Positions 8,741 through 18,240 of a DNA stretch of 44,386 nt are shown one piece after another; position 1 is the first letter of the stretch; each line of letters starts with the position of its first letter. The stretch is from a virus. Its lineage: Duplodnaviria; Heunggongvirae; Uroviricota; Caudoviricetes. The position numbers and the translations under genes are program-made. Location of the stretch: IMG/VR virus record IMGVR_UViG_3300026737_000001; one strand, 5' to 3'. The notes beneath the pieces were generated by a model. The model saw only the letters and a list, made by a program, of their open reading frames with translations, ran no database searches and had not been told where the DNA came from.

Positions 8741-11569
8741 CTAAATAGCCCTCTTACTTTTGTCACTATAAATCATAAACTTTGAATACTTCATAGGTAT
8801 TTCATCTATAAACCTTGAAGGCTTTTTATCTACAAACTGATAGAACTGAAATCTTCTCTTGCAGTAGGTAAGAAACAATCTTTCTTCAGCTCTTGTCATA
8901 GCTACATAGCATAATCTTCTTTCCTCTTCCTCTCCGTCAGGCTCTTCAAGTGAGAACTTGTGAGGGAATGTCTCTTCTTCCATCCCAACCATGAACACTA
9001 CAGGAAATTCTAAACCTTTGGCTGCATGTACAGTCATTAATTTAACCTTATCTGAGTCCTGGTCGAGCTGGTCTTGGTCACTTATAAGCTTTACATTTTG
9101 CAGAAAGTCTACAAGTGAATCATCGTTGGAATTTTTCTCAACATAGTTATTAACAAAATCAAAAAATGCTTCTACATTCTTCATTCTGTTTTCATAAGTT
9201 TCTTCATCCTGTAGTAATATATCTTCAAAGTGAACGTCTTCGTATATTTTTAGTATTGTCTCCTGCAGGCCTAGGTCTTCTTTCCTAATCTCTATAATCG
9301 GCTTCAGGTATTCATCAAACATCTTTAATACTGCCTCCCCCTTTACTTTACCTATACCCTTTACAGATGAGGGAAACTTTACTACGTCTATCAGAGGAAG
9401 CATTGTATTGTAGCTGTGTTCAAGCATTTTTGCTACAGTTACAGGACCTATGCCGTTACTCTCTAGATTTATTATTCTATTTAAACTAGGAGAGTCTTCA
9501 ACATTTGCAGTCAATCTAATAAATGCTAGAAGGTCTTTTATTTCTTTTCTATCAAAAAACCCTGTACCTTTAACAACTGTGTAAGGTATTCCTGCATTAA
9601 CAAAAGCTGTTTCGAAATTCTGCGACTGATAATTACTTCTATAAAGAAGTGTAATATCTTTATAGTCATAATTATTTGCATCTGTAAGAGTTTTGATTGT
9701 ATTGACTATAAAGTCAGCCTCTTTATATGAGTCAAATGTTTCAGCTATAACTATAGGAAACCCGGGCTTAGCTTTAGTAAAAGCAACTTTCTCTCTTCTT
9801 TTTTTATTGTTTTTAACTACCTCATTTGAGGCTTCTATAATGTTAGATGTGCTTCTGTAATTTCTTTCAAGTTTTATTATATTTACATTTTTATACTCTT
9901 TTTCAAAATCTATTATATTCTGGATATCAGAACCCCTAAATCCATAAATACTATTGCAGGTTACAATTCCATCCGCTATATATTTGTGATATTTATCAAC
10001 ATTTAAACTATAAACAGGTCCATCATAATCATAAATTCTAAGCTTTTTTATTTTTTTCCACTCTGTCTTCTTTCCTTTAATATGGACTGGAACTTTCATA
10101 AGTTCTGGAATAAAATTGCATGCTTTTATTTTTATAATAGATTTTCCGCCACGTCTTTGGTAAACATTTTCAACGTCAAAAAATGGAAATTCTATTTCTC
10201 TGTCGTGGTCTTTGAGGCATTTTTTTGCATTTTTATAAAGTCTTTCATATGATAAGTTTTCATAAACAGAACTTATTACTTCTTTTGTTAAATAACCATT
10301 AGTCGCTCCGTCATTTGTTTCCTGAAAAGTTAATTGTGGAATTCCATACCTGCTAGCAATAATACTTTCCCAGGCAAATGCTTCTTTTTTAGTTTTTACA
10401 ACCTTTAAAATCCATGCTTTATCTGCTTTTTCGATTCTTGACCTAACTCCTAAATGAAATCCCCCATCTGCTTTAAATAATTGACACCATCCTACTCTAA
10501 ATTTGTCATCTTTTTGCATCAAGTAGACTACATTATAGTTAGTAGATTTATTTGTCCACTTAACAAGCCATTTATGGTTATAAGTTGATTTAGATATTTT
10601 GCCATCTTCAGTTTCTATTTCATACATTTTGCCTTTGTAATTTCTCATACCTTTTTTAATTTCGTAACCATAATCATCACTTAATCCAATTACATAAGAA
10701 CCACGCCTGTCATAGCTAGGAACCTTGTCAACACCAGGCTCTAAGTCTTTGATTTTTTTGTAACCTTTAGTAGTTAAGACTTCGGTATTTGGTGGTTGGC
10801 ACTGGTCGGAATCACCTACGGCCATAATATTTTTGTGTTTATCTGCCAGCATCTTAAGTATTATATACTGACTGTGATTTGTGTCTTGATACTCATCACA
10901 CTGAATATACTTAAATTTATTTTGATAGTGTTCTAAAACTTCAGGATATTTTCTAAACAGATAAATTGTTTTTGTTATCAGGTCAGTAAAGTCAAAGGCA
11001 TTATTTTTCTTTAACCTTTTATAATATTCCTTGTATATCTTCTGGATATACCTATCTCTTTCAAAAGGCTCTCTACCAAGCTTTTGCAGATAATTAGCAA
11101 ATGATATTAAGTTTCTTTTAGCTTCTGTTATTTTAAAGAATACTTTTTTATCTTCATAGACTTTATCATCAAGCCCCATTGAGTTTATGATATCGTTTAC
11201 TATTTTTACAGAGTCATCAGTGTCATATATGAGGTAGTTTGGTTTGTAGCCTATCTTATCTAAGTTCTCGCTTAAGATTTTCAAACACATTGAGTGAAAA
11301 GTCCCAATCCACATGCTTGATATATCACAGTCTACAATCTTTTTTACTCTATCTTCCATCTCGCTTGCTGCCTTATTTGTAAAGGTTACAGTTAGGATTT
11401 CAGAAGGAAAAATACCTTCTTTAATAAGTCTTGCTATACGATATGTGATAACTCTTGTTTTTCCACTACCAGCCCCGGCAACAACAAGTGACGGCCCTTT
11501 ATCGTGCAAAACTGCTTCTTTTTGTTTCTTGTTTAAATCAAGTGTTAAATTCAATATTTGCACCTCCAT
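8741..11569 (-). CDS. pcrA: PcrA/UvrD superfamily-1 helicase interrupted by an intein
   Basis: VVAGAGSGKT; TFTNKAA; DEYQDTN; VGDSDQ|SIYGFRG; LERNYRS; LMTVHAAKGLEF; EEERRLCYVAMTRA. Confidence 0.95.
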   Translation of the reverse strand: MEVQILNLTLDLNKKQKEAVLHDKGPSLVVAGAGSGKTRVITYRIARLIKEGIFPSEILTVTFTNKAASEMEDRVKKIVDCDISSMWIGTFHSMCLKILSENLDKIGYKPNYLIYDTDDSVKIVNDIINSMGLDDKVYEDKKVFFKITEAKRNLISFANYLQKLGREPFERDRYIQKIYKEYYKRLKKNNAFDFTDLITKTIYLFRKYPEVLEHYQNKFKYIQCDEYQDTNHSQYIILKMLADKHKNIMAVGDSDQCQPPNTEVLTTKGYKKIKDLEPGVDKVPSYDRRGSYVIGLSDDYGYEIKKGMRNYKGKMYEIETEDGKISKSTYNHKWLVKWTNKSTNYNVVYLMQKDDKFRVGWCQLFKADGGFHLGVRSRIEKADKAWILKVVKTKKEAFAWESIIASRYGIPQLTFQETNDGATNGYLTKEVISSVYENLSYERLYKNAKKCLKDHDREIEFPFFDVENVYQRRGGKSIIKIKACNFIPELMKVPVHIKGKKTEWKKIKKLRIYDYDGPVYSLNVDKYHKYIADGIVTCNSIYGFRGSDIQNIIDFEKEYKNVNIIKLERNYRSTSNIIEASNEVVKNNKKRREKVAFTKAKPGFPIVIAETFDSYKEADFIVNTIKTLTDANNYDYKDITLLYRSNYQSQNFETAFVNAGIPYTVVKGTGFFDRKEIKDLLAFIRLTANVEDSPSLNRIINLESNGIGPVTVAKMLEHSYNTMLPLIDVVKFPSSVKGIGKVKGEAVLKMFDEYLKPIIEIRKEDLGLQETILKIYEDVHFEDILLQDEETYENRMKNVEAFFDFVNNYVEKNSNDDSLVDFLQNVKLISDQDQLDQDSDKVKLMTVHAAKGLEFPVVFMVGMEEETFPHKFSLEEPDGEEEERRLCYVAMTRAEERLFLTYCKRRFQFYQFVDKKPSRFIDEIPMKYSKFMIYSDKSKRAI
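9953..10801 (-). mobile_element. Intein (283 aa) in helicase motif III
   Basis: Starts CQPPNTEV, ends VYSLNVDKYHKYIADGIVTCN, +1 Ser. Removing it restores GDSDQSIYGFRG. Confidence 0.92.
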
Positions 11570-12661
11570 TTATTTTCTAATCGGCATTAACATATAATTT
11601 ATATCTCTGTCATTTAAAATTACAGCTGTATCTCCTTTATTAAATGATATTTTAAAATCATCACTTCCTGTATCATTTATAAAGTCTAATAAAAACCCCG
11701 AATCAAAATTCTTATCTATTGGAGTTTTAAAGTCAAAGTTTAACTTTTCAAGGTTTTTCATATCTGAAGAATAAACAAATAAACTATCATCTTCAGTTTT
11801 AATTGTTATAACTTTATCTCCAATCATAAAATCACTGATAATTTTAACTCTATTGATAGCATCTTTAAACTCTGATGTCTTAATCTTATTTTCAAATTCT
11901 AGATTTTTTGGAATAATCTTTTCGTATAAAGGGAAGCTGCCTGCTATTAATTGGTGCTTTAAAACTAAATCATCTTTTAGAAGTTTGATGTATTCATTAT
12001 TTAAAATTAGCTTAACTTCCTTTTCTCCTCCATCTAAAACCCCAAGGATATATTTAACCATATTCTTAGGTATTAAATACTGGCCTTCTCTCTCTCCGCT
12101 TATATGAAAGTCTTTTAGATTTGAAAAATACATTCTAAATGTATCAGTAGTAACAAAATCAATAGTGCCATCTTCTTTAAGCTTTATATTTAATCCTATT
12201 ATTGAGTTTTGATGTGATTCATCAGGTATTATTTTGATGAAACGCTTAAAGACATCCATAATTATTGACTCTTTTATTGTGAGTTCTGTTTCTTTTTCTA
12301 CAATGTATTCTTCAGGAAAATCAATATTTAAAATTGGAACCTTAAATAAGTTATCCTTACTTACAAGTTCTAAGTTGCTGTCATTTAATCTTAAGTGTAT
12401 TTTTTCATTTTTATATTTTCTAACTAAATTATTAAGCAAAGAGAAAGGAATTAAAACATCTCCTTCCTCCTTTATTTTAACTTCATCAATCTCATCTTTG
12501 ATATACATATTAAAATTAGTAGCTTTAATAATAACCCTGTCATATTTAACAGAAATTAAAACAGAAGATGAAATTTCTAAAATATTTGTGCTTGTGGAAA
12601 TACATTTTTGTACTTTTTTAAAAACATTTTGTAGTGCTTTTTTATCCACTATACATTCCAT
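11570..12661 (-). CDS. dnaN: DNA polymerase III beta sliding clamp
   Basis: 363 aa; ATNFNMYI; FVTTDTFRM; GSFPLYEKIIP; C-terminal YMLMPIR. Confidence 0.85.
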   Translation of the reverse strand: MECIVDKKALQNVFKKVQKCISTSTNILEISSSVLISVKYDRVIIKATNFNMYIKDEIDEVKIKEEGDVLIPFSLLNNLVRKYKNEKIHLRLNDSNLELVSKDNLFKVPILNIDFPEEYIVEKETELTIKESIIMDVFKRFIKIIPDESHQNSIIGLNIKLKEDGTIDFVTTDTFRMYFSNLKDFHISGEREGQYLIPKNMVKYILGVLDGGEKEVKLILNNEYIKLLKDDLVLKHQLIAGSFPLYEKIIPKNLEFENKIKTSEFKDAINRVKIISDFMIGDKVITIKTEDDSLFVYSSDMKNLEKLNFDFKTPIDKNFDSGFLLDFINDTGSDDFKISFNKGDTAVILNDRDINYMLMPIRK

Positions 12662-12678
12662 CTAAAAACCTCCGCTAT

Positions 12679-13338
12679 TTAATATTCTTTAAAAAGCATT
12701 TCATAATAACTTATTCTTCCAATAGCTTTAAAGAAGTATTCTCTTTTTTTCTTTTGGCTTACATCAAGTCCAGGGCCAACGTTATAGCCCACAATCGCTG
12801 ATAATCTATCTCCATTGTAGTAGCGTTTTAATAACTTATAGTAGTACCAGATACCGTATTTGACCTGTTTTTCAACGTCAGAACGCAACAATTCTTTGTG
12901 ATTGATATTTTTTGAACTTCCATAGAGCTTTAATCCATCACCAAAAAAGTCAGAAGCTGCTTGAGCTGTCTGCCATGTTAGTGCAGTCATTCCAAACGAC
13001 CTACCATTATCCATATCGTAATAGTTTACAAAATGGCTTTCTAACTCAACTATAGCAAAGAAATCTTTGGCAACTCTTCTAGGGTGTATTTCAGGATGAA
13101 GATAGTTTAGGTCATAAGCATATTTAATTATCCATCCACTTCTGTTTTGAGCCTGCTCAAGTGTTATTGCATCATCAACAGTTAACTCACTTCTGTATCT
13201 GCAGTACCACCTATTTACATCCATAGAACGTTCTGTCATAAAATTGTGTAAGTTTACTGCCTCCGCATTAGAAGGCAGTATTGTTGTCGTTAATAATAAA
13301 ATTGCTAATATCAATAAAGACAAATTAGTTTTATTCAA
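12679..13338 (-). CDS. Secreted lytic transglycosylase (SLT-like)
   Basis: Signal peptide; IVELESHF catalytic Glu; FGMTAL; GIWYY...AIVGYNVGPG. Confidence 0.7.
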   Translation of the reverse strand: MNKTNLSLLILAILLLTTTILPSNAEAVNLHNFMTERSMDVNRWYCRYRSELTVDDAITLEQAQNRSGWIIKYAYDLNYLHPEIHPRRVAKDFFAIVELESHFVNYYDMDNGRSFGMTALTWQTAQAASDFFGDGLKLYGSSKNINHKELLRSDVEKQVKYGIWYYYKLLKRYYNGDRLSAIVGYNVGPGLDVSQKKKREYFFKAIGRISYYEMLFKEY

Positions 13339-13339
13339 T

Positions 13340-13549
13340 TTATGTTTCCTCCTCTACCCCTAATGTTTCTCTTTCTCTTAAAGCTAAGCATCCATTTGCG
13401 GGGCAAAAATAATAATCATCACTTTTTTTTCTGTCCATTATATTTTTGTGGATTAGAGCGCTTTTTGTCATTTTTTCAGCATATATACACTTTTTAATGA
13501 CCCCTTCTTTAAGCAGGCACCTTTTCCTTTTCTGCTCCAGTCTGTTCAT
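13340..13549 (-). CDS. Small Cys-containing hypothetical protein
   Basis: Track ORF overlapping the recA end. Confidence 0.55.
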   Translation of the reverse strand: MNRLEQKRKRCLLKEGVIKKCIYAEKMTKSALIHKNIMDRKKSDDYYFCPANGCLALRERETLGVEEET

Positions 13550-14639
13550 CTTCTTCTACATCCCCTTCTGTATTAATTTCTGCATCATCTTCTGCATAAT
13601 ATAAAGGTTCTTCTCTTCCGAGTAGTATTCTTTCTTTTATCTCTTTTAGCATTAAGTCTGGATTATCTAAAGAGTAAATAGCCTGAACGAAATTATCCAT
13701 GCCGTTTTCTTTTAACTCTCTCTCGCTTCCTTCTTCAACACCTAAAGGAGTATATGTTCTCCAGCCACCTGCTTTTTGAATGACACCTGTTTTTTCTCCT
13801 GCTGCTAAAATATCCTTGTTTAAATTAAATCCCTTATCGTAGTAGAGGTCTACAAACCCTTGTCTTCCTACAGTACCAACTTTGTTTTTAATAATTCGTG
13901 CTCTCAATCTATGTCCGTGAACCACAAGAGTATCGCCTGACCCCTCACTAAAGGTGTCACGTTTTTTAACTTCTATACGTTGGTCGCTATAAAATTTAAT
14001 TGCTCGACCACCAGGAGTTATTGAGGGGTCTCCATAAAGCTGACCAACCTTTTCTCTCAGCTGGTTAATTAGAATTAATGTACACTTATTTTTATTTAAT
14101 ACAGCCTTTAATTTCTTCATTGCTTTAGACCACATACGAGCGTCTACGGCCATCTGTTGGTCTTCCATTGAAGATGTCAGAATTGCTGCTGCAGAGAGTG
14201 CAGCTACTGAATCAATAGCAATTAGTCTTACCTCACCAGTTTTAGCAAGTGCCTCAATAACATCAAGTACTGATTCACCTTCTGATTTCTGTGACATAAT
14301 TAAATCTTCAGTTTTTACACCAAAAAGGTCAGCAAAATCAGGGTTGTATGAGTTTTCTGCGTCGAAAAAAGCACATTTATGTCCATCTTTTTGAGCCTGA
14401 GCTATAATTGACAGTACTAAAGTCGTTTTACCAGAACCCTCTGGTCCATATATTTCAATAATACGGCCAATAGGTATTCCTCCACCACCAGTATTAGGCT
14501 GGGTTGCAAGGTCGATATCTAAAACCCCTGTTGATATCCATTTAATTTCTAGCTTTTCTCTGTCAGCACCTGAAAATAATGCATCTTCACCGTAAGACTT
14601 TTTAATCTGCTTCATGGCTTTATCTAATTCTTTATTCAA
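13509..14639 (-). CDS. recA: RecA recombinase
   Basis: GRIIEIYGPEGSGKTT; IDSVAAL; INQLREKVG; TPGGRAIKFYS; IIKNKV. Confidence 0.97.
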   Translation of the reverse strand: MNKELDKAMKQIKKSYGEDALFSGADREKLEIKWISTGVLDIDLATQPNTGGGGIPIGRIIEIYGPEGSGKTTLVLSIIAQAQKDGHKCAFFDAENSYNPDFADLFGVKTEDLIMSQKSEGESVLDVIEALAKTGEVRLIAIDSVAALSAAAILTSSMEDQQMAVDARMWSKAMKKLKAVLNKNKCTLILINQLREKVGQLYGDPSITPGGRAIKFYSDQRIEVKKRDTFSEGSGDTLVVHGHRLRARIIKNKVGTVGRQGFVDLYYDKGFNLNKDILAAGEKTGVIQKAGGWRTYTPLGVEEGSERELKENGMDNFVQAIYSLDNPDLMLKEIKERILLGREEPLYYAEDDAEINTEGDVEEDEQTGAEKEKVPA

Positions 14640-14657
14640 ATTCTACTCCTCCTTTAA

Positions 14658-15122
14658 TCAAAATGGTACATCAAAATCATAAGCGTCTTCATCATCTGTA
14701 TAATCTTCAGTGTCAAAATCCTCTACATTATCCTCACTTATATTTTCTTTTTGGCCATCTAGTTTTTCTATATCTCTTTTAGGATTTTTGCTTACACTTT
14801 TTCCATCAGGAAAATCTAGATATCTTATTTCATTTGCGGTAATTACTATGTCTGAAAGAATTTTATCTGATGTATTGCTCTGAAATTCTTCCAACTTGAC
14901 ATCGCCCTGGACCATTACAAGTCTTCCCTTACCTAGATTATTATTAGCAGCCTCTGCCTGCCCGTTCCAGCATGTAACTTTAACAAACTGTGTATCATCA
15001 TCTGTTTTTGAAAATGGATTGTTAACTGCTATTGTGAAGTTGCAGACAGACTTATCTGTCTTAGTTTTTCTTAGCTTCGGGTCTTTTGTAAGCCTGCCGA
15101 TTGCCGTTCCTTTAAAATACAT
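14658..15122 (-). CDS. ssb: Single-stranded DNA-binding protein (divergent copy)
   Basis: IGRLTKDP...FTIAVN...GKGRLVMVQG; acidic tail ending DFDVPF. Confidence 0.92.
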   Translation of the reverse strand: MYFKGTAIGRLTKDPKLRKTKTDKSVCNFTIAVNNPFSKTDDDTQFVKVTCWNGQAEAANNNLGKGRLVMVQGDVKLEEFQSNTSDKILSDIVITANEIRYLDFPDGKSVSKNPKRDIEKLDGQKENISEDNVEDFDTEDYTDDEDAYDFDVPF

Positions 15123-15175
15123 TCATTCACCTCTTTTGTGATGTGTTTACTTTACATTACTAAACCAGTAGTTTA

Positions 15176-15204
15176 ATTCTAACACAACTTGAACCACTTT
15201 GCAA
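15176..15204 (-). promoter_or_regulatory. sigmaA-type promoter upstream of ssb-recA
   Basis: TTGCAA-N17-TAGAAT with TG in the spacer; intergenic. Confidence 0.7.
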
Positions 15205-15218
15205 GTAGAGTGTTAAAA

Positions 15219-15575
15219 TTAATAATCTAATTCAAGCTCGCTATAAATTTTTGAAATTAAATCATATATATATTCGTATAAGCCCATAGAAACAAACTCA
15301 TGGATATCAAAATAGCATTGTCCAAGCTGGTCAATTTCTTTATTTATTTCAAGTTGAATATAATCTCTTAACTCTTCTGCAAGTTCAATTGTATTTAAAT
15401 CAGCTATTGACCATACTTCACTTTCGTAATAGTTAGCATTTTCAGAGATATTGGTTTCGGAATATTCGCCCTCAATAACTGAAGTTCTTAAATCATCCAC
15501 AAGCCATTCTTCAAATCCTAAATCTCTGTTTATATCTTCGATAAATTCTAAATATTCTTCTGTTCTTTTACACAT
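15219..15575 (-). CDS. Acidic hypothetical protein
   Basis: Start MCKRT after a GGAGG RBS; resembles the C-terminal half of 15568..16248. Confidence 0.7.
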   Translation of the reverse strand: MCKRTEEYLEFIEDINRDLGFEEWLVDDLRTSVIEGEYSETNISENANYYESEVWSIADLNTIELAEELRDYIQLEINKEIDQLGQCYFDIHEFVSMGLYEYIYDLISKIYSELELDY

Positions 15576-16248
15576 ATGATTCCTCCTTCGTGCTTTCAAA
15601 AACCTCATTAAAGAGCATTTCTATATATTCGTATATTCCAAAACCTAAAATTAAATCTTCAAATTCCATATCGAGATTAAAGTCATTATATTGATTGATG
15701 TCTTGATTTATTTCATCTTTAATAATATCCCATAATTTTAAGCCCATCTTTACTACTTCAATATTTTTATAGTTGTTGGATATTTCAACAGTAAAGCTAT
15801 CAGCAAAATAGCCTGAGCCTACTAAAGGGGCACCATTTTCTGTAACATAATTTTTAAATAAATCAATCAGCATTTCTTTTTCAAAACCTAAATTCCTATT
15901 AGATTCCTTAATTGAGCTTAGTGCATCGCTTACCATATCTAGTTCTTTTATATCTTCTGTCATATAGTCAACAAACTCATAACTGTCTTTAAACCCTTTT
16001 TTAAACTCTCCTTCAATAAATCTTTCGCACAAAATATCATATCCTATATTATCCAATAAATCTTCACCATAATCTTTTAATAAAACACTATAAATATCAA
16101 GGAATCTATTTTCATAAATTCTGTTTATTTCATTCATAGTTTCTAGAAGTGAACCATAAAAATATGGAGTTTTATCTTCTGTTTCGATTTTTGCCAAAGA
16201 ATAAGCAAAAAGAGATATTGTCTGTTCTTTATTAGGCGTTTTTAACAT
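15568..16248 (-). CDS. Acidic hypothetical protein
   Basis: Track ORF with a GGAGGG RBS. Confidence 0.75.
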   Translation of the reverse strand: MLKTPNKEQTISLFAYSLAKIETEDKTPYFYGSLLETMNEINRIYENRFLDIYSVLLKDYGEDLLDNIGYDILCERFIEGEFKKGFKDSYEFVDYMTEDIKELDMVSDALSSIKESNRNLGFEKEMLIDLFKNYVTENGAPLVGSGYFADSFTVEISNNYKNIEVVKMGLKLWDIIKDEINQDINQYNDFNLDMEFEDLILGFGIYEYIEMLFNEVFESTKEESYV

Positions 16249-16264
16249 TTGTAATCCCTCCTTA

Positions 16265-16576
16265 TTATAATTTAAAACTTTTCAAATATTGTGCTTTATA
16301 GCAAGATTTTAACTCAGTTATTGTCATTACTGCAAGTTCTTCTGCTTGGTAATGTTCTTTAAGATTTTTAAACAAAGCCTTCCTTTCTAAAGCTTCTTTT
16401 CTATCATGAATTTTTTCTTTGACTTCTGAGTTTGTATATCCACCTTCATATTTTTCCCATGTTTTACCATCTTCAAAGTCATCTGCATCATAATCTCTTA
16501 TATATACATCAATGTTTTCTGATGCAAAAACATCTCTAACAACACTATCCTCTACTTCAATTAATACATTTTTCAT
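16265..16576 (-). CDS. Hypothetical protein
   Basis: Track ORF with an RBS. Confidence 0.7.
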   Translation of the reverse strand: MKNVLIEVEDSVVRDVFASENIDVYIRDYDADDFEDGKTWEKYEGGYTNSEVKEKIHDRKEALERKALFKNLKEHYQAEELAVMTITELKSCYKAQYLKSFKL

Positions 16577-16591
16577 TTTTATCCCCCTTTT

Positions 16592-16855
16592 TTATTCCCA
16601 CAATTTCCAGCCTAAATCAATATCATATTTTCCTTCATCTAAATCTTCCCAAAAAAGCCTTACTGTTTTATCTCCTTCAATTTGATAAAAAAGAAGCCCA
16701 TAAACACTACTGACATCTTCTATACTTAATCCATGAATTTCTATTCCAGCCAGTAAATCACTCAATGAATTTTCATTTTTAGAGTCCCAGTACATATCAT
16801 TTATTCTAGTAAAAGCATCCTCTACCGAGTCAGCAATTAAAATTTTATTTTTCAC
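16592..16855 (-). CDS. Acidic hypothetical protein
   Basis: Track ORF coupled to the upstream gene. Confidence 0.65.
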   Translation of the reverse strand: MKNKILIADSVEDAFTRINDMYWDSKNENSLSDLLAGIEIHGLSIEDVSSVYGLLFYQIEGDKTVRLFWEDLDEGKYDIDLGWKLWE

Positions 16856-17367
16856 TCTGTTACCTCCTCTTCAAAGTCATGCCACTGTAAGCCTCTGGCC
16901 TTATATAAAGGTATCCAGTGATTATCCATAAAACTGTAGCCGGCACCGTCTACCCCCAGAAAAATATCTCCTGTTGGGTAATATTCAAAGGCTCTTAATC
17001 CACATTCTTTTACTTTTTCTAAATTGTTTTGTATCCACTCTTCGTCAAGACCGCTTTTTGGGTTGAATAAGGTGCCCCACATAGGGAATAATCCCGAATA
17101 ATCGTCGTATTCAGGTTCAACCTCCCAAGTTTTTACCTCAATAATTTCAAGCTCATCGTCTAAAGGTTCTAAAGTAAGAAATTCGCCGTCAACTTCTAAG
17201 ACTTCCCAATCTTCTCCATCATAATAGACTATTTCACCTACTGTTATAATATCTCGTGTCAAATCAATCCAGTCACTTAAGTCATCTCCTACAGCATTTT
17301 TGATTAAAGCCTCTGAAACAAAATTAAACTCATTAATCCATTTGTTTGTTGCTTCTTTAATATTCAT
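16852..17367 (-). CDS. Acidic conserved-type phage hypothetical protein
   Basis: FPMWGTLF...GVDGAGYSFMDNHWIPLY motif. Confidence 0.75.
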   Translation of the reverse strand: MNIKEATNKWINEFNFVSEALIKNAVGDDLSDWIDLTRDIITVGEIVYYDGEDWEVLEVDGEFLTLEPLDDELEIIEVKTWEVEPEYDDYSGLFPMWGTLFNPKSGLDEEWIQNNLEKVKECGLRAFEYYPTGDIFLGVDGAGYSFMDNHWIPLYKARGLQWHDFEEEVTE

Positions 17368-17379
17368 CTTAATCCTCCT

Positions 17380-17709
17380 TTAAGCTTTTTGGTCTGCTAT
17401 TACGTACTCAATAAGCTCTTCCTTTTTATCTTCAGCTATCTCAAGTGCTTCCTGACTTCTTTTTTTGCTTCTTCTATTAACTTCTTTAATCAGCATTTTA
17501 GTGCCGCTGAAAGCTGTTGTTTCTACAGACATAATACTTCCGTTTTCTCTTCTATTTACAGTCACAGGTGTTACTGATAGGTAATAACCTCTTTTTTCTT
17601 TATCTCCGCTAAAATAATTCCAGCCACCTTTATCATAATAGACCTGAATCTTTAATTCTTTAGGAAATCCTTCTTTTTTGATGTATTCTTTTGATAATAA
17701 TTTATCCAT
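17380..17709 (-). CDS. Hypothetical protein
   Basis: Track ORF with a GAGGTG RBS. Confidence 0.7.
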   Translation of the reverse strand: MDKLLSKEYIKKEGFPKELKIQVYYDKGGWNYFSGDKEKRGYYLSVTPVTVNRRENGSIMSVETTAFSGTKMLIKEVNRRSKKRSQEALEIAEDKKEELIEYVIADQKA

Positions 17710-17712
17710 TAT

Positions 17713-18045
17713 TTACACCTCTCTTACGTATTCTGCATAATTAATATCAAGGGTACTACAGATGTTTTTCATTGAAGTTTCGTGCTTGTTCTCTTCTAAT
17801 ATCCATGTATCCTGGTGTTCGTCTAGGTATTCTTCCACGCTTGAGTAAACAAATATACCCATACCAAAACCGGAAGCTAACTCGGCAGCTATTACTTGAA
17901 AGTTGCCCACTAACCACGCATTATGTTTTTGGTTTTCATATTCAGAAACTACTATAGCGTCATCAGTAATCATTGCCTTATCTAAGTCTAGCGTAATTTT
18001 ATCACCGTAATCATTTACTACATCCTTCAAAAACTTTTTACTCAT
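17713..18045 (-). CDS. Acidic hypothetical protein
   Basis: Track ORF with a GGAGG RBS. Confidence 0.7.
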   Translation of the reverse strand: MSKKFLKDVVNDYGDKITLDLDKAMITDDAIVVSEYENQKHNAWLVGNFQVIAAELASGFGMGIFVYSSVEEYLDEHQDTWILEENKHETSMKNICSTLDINYAEYVREV

Positions 18046-18240
18046 TATTTATTCCTCCCTTTTTTTTAGTTGAATTCTTTCTAATTGGTCTTTTGATTCA
18101 AAAATATAATCTCCATCAGAGTCATGGTGTCTTACGTTTTTTGAAGTTTCTATTACATTACCATTATCATCTACTCTAAAAGCACAAAGTGTACTTCCAT
18201 TTTTGCTCTCTATTTCATATACTCTCATTATTTATGCCTC

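Noticed and set aside
15176-15210. LexA (Cheo) box upstream of ssb-recA
   Set aside because: The sequence gaac-cact-ttgc does not match GAAC-N4-GTTC.
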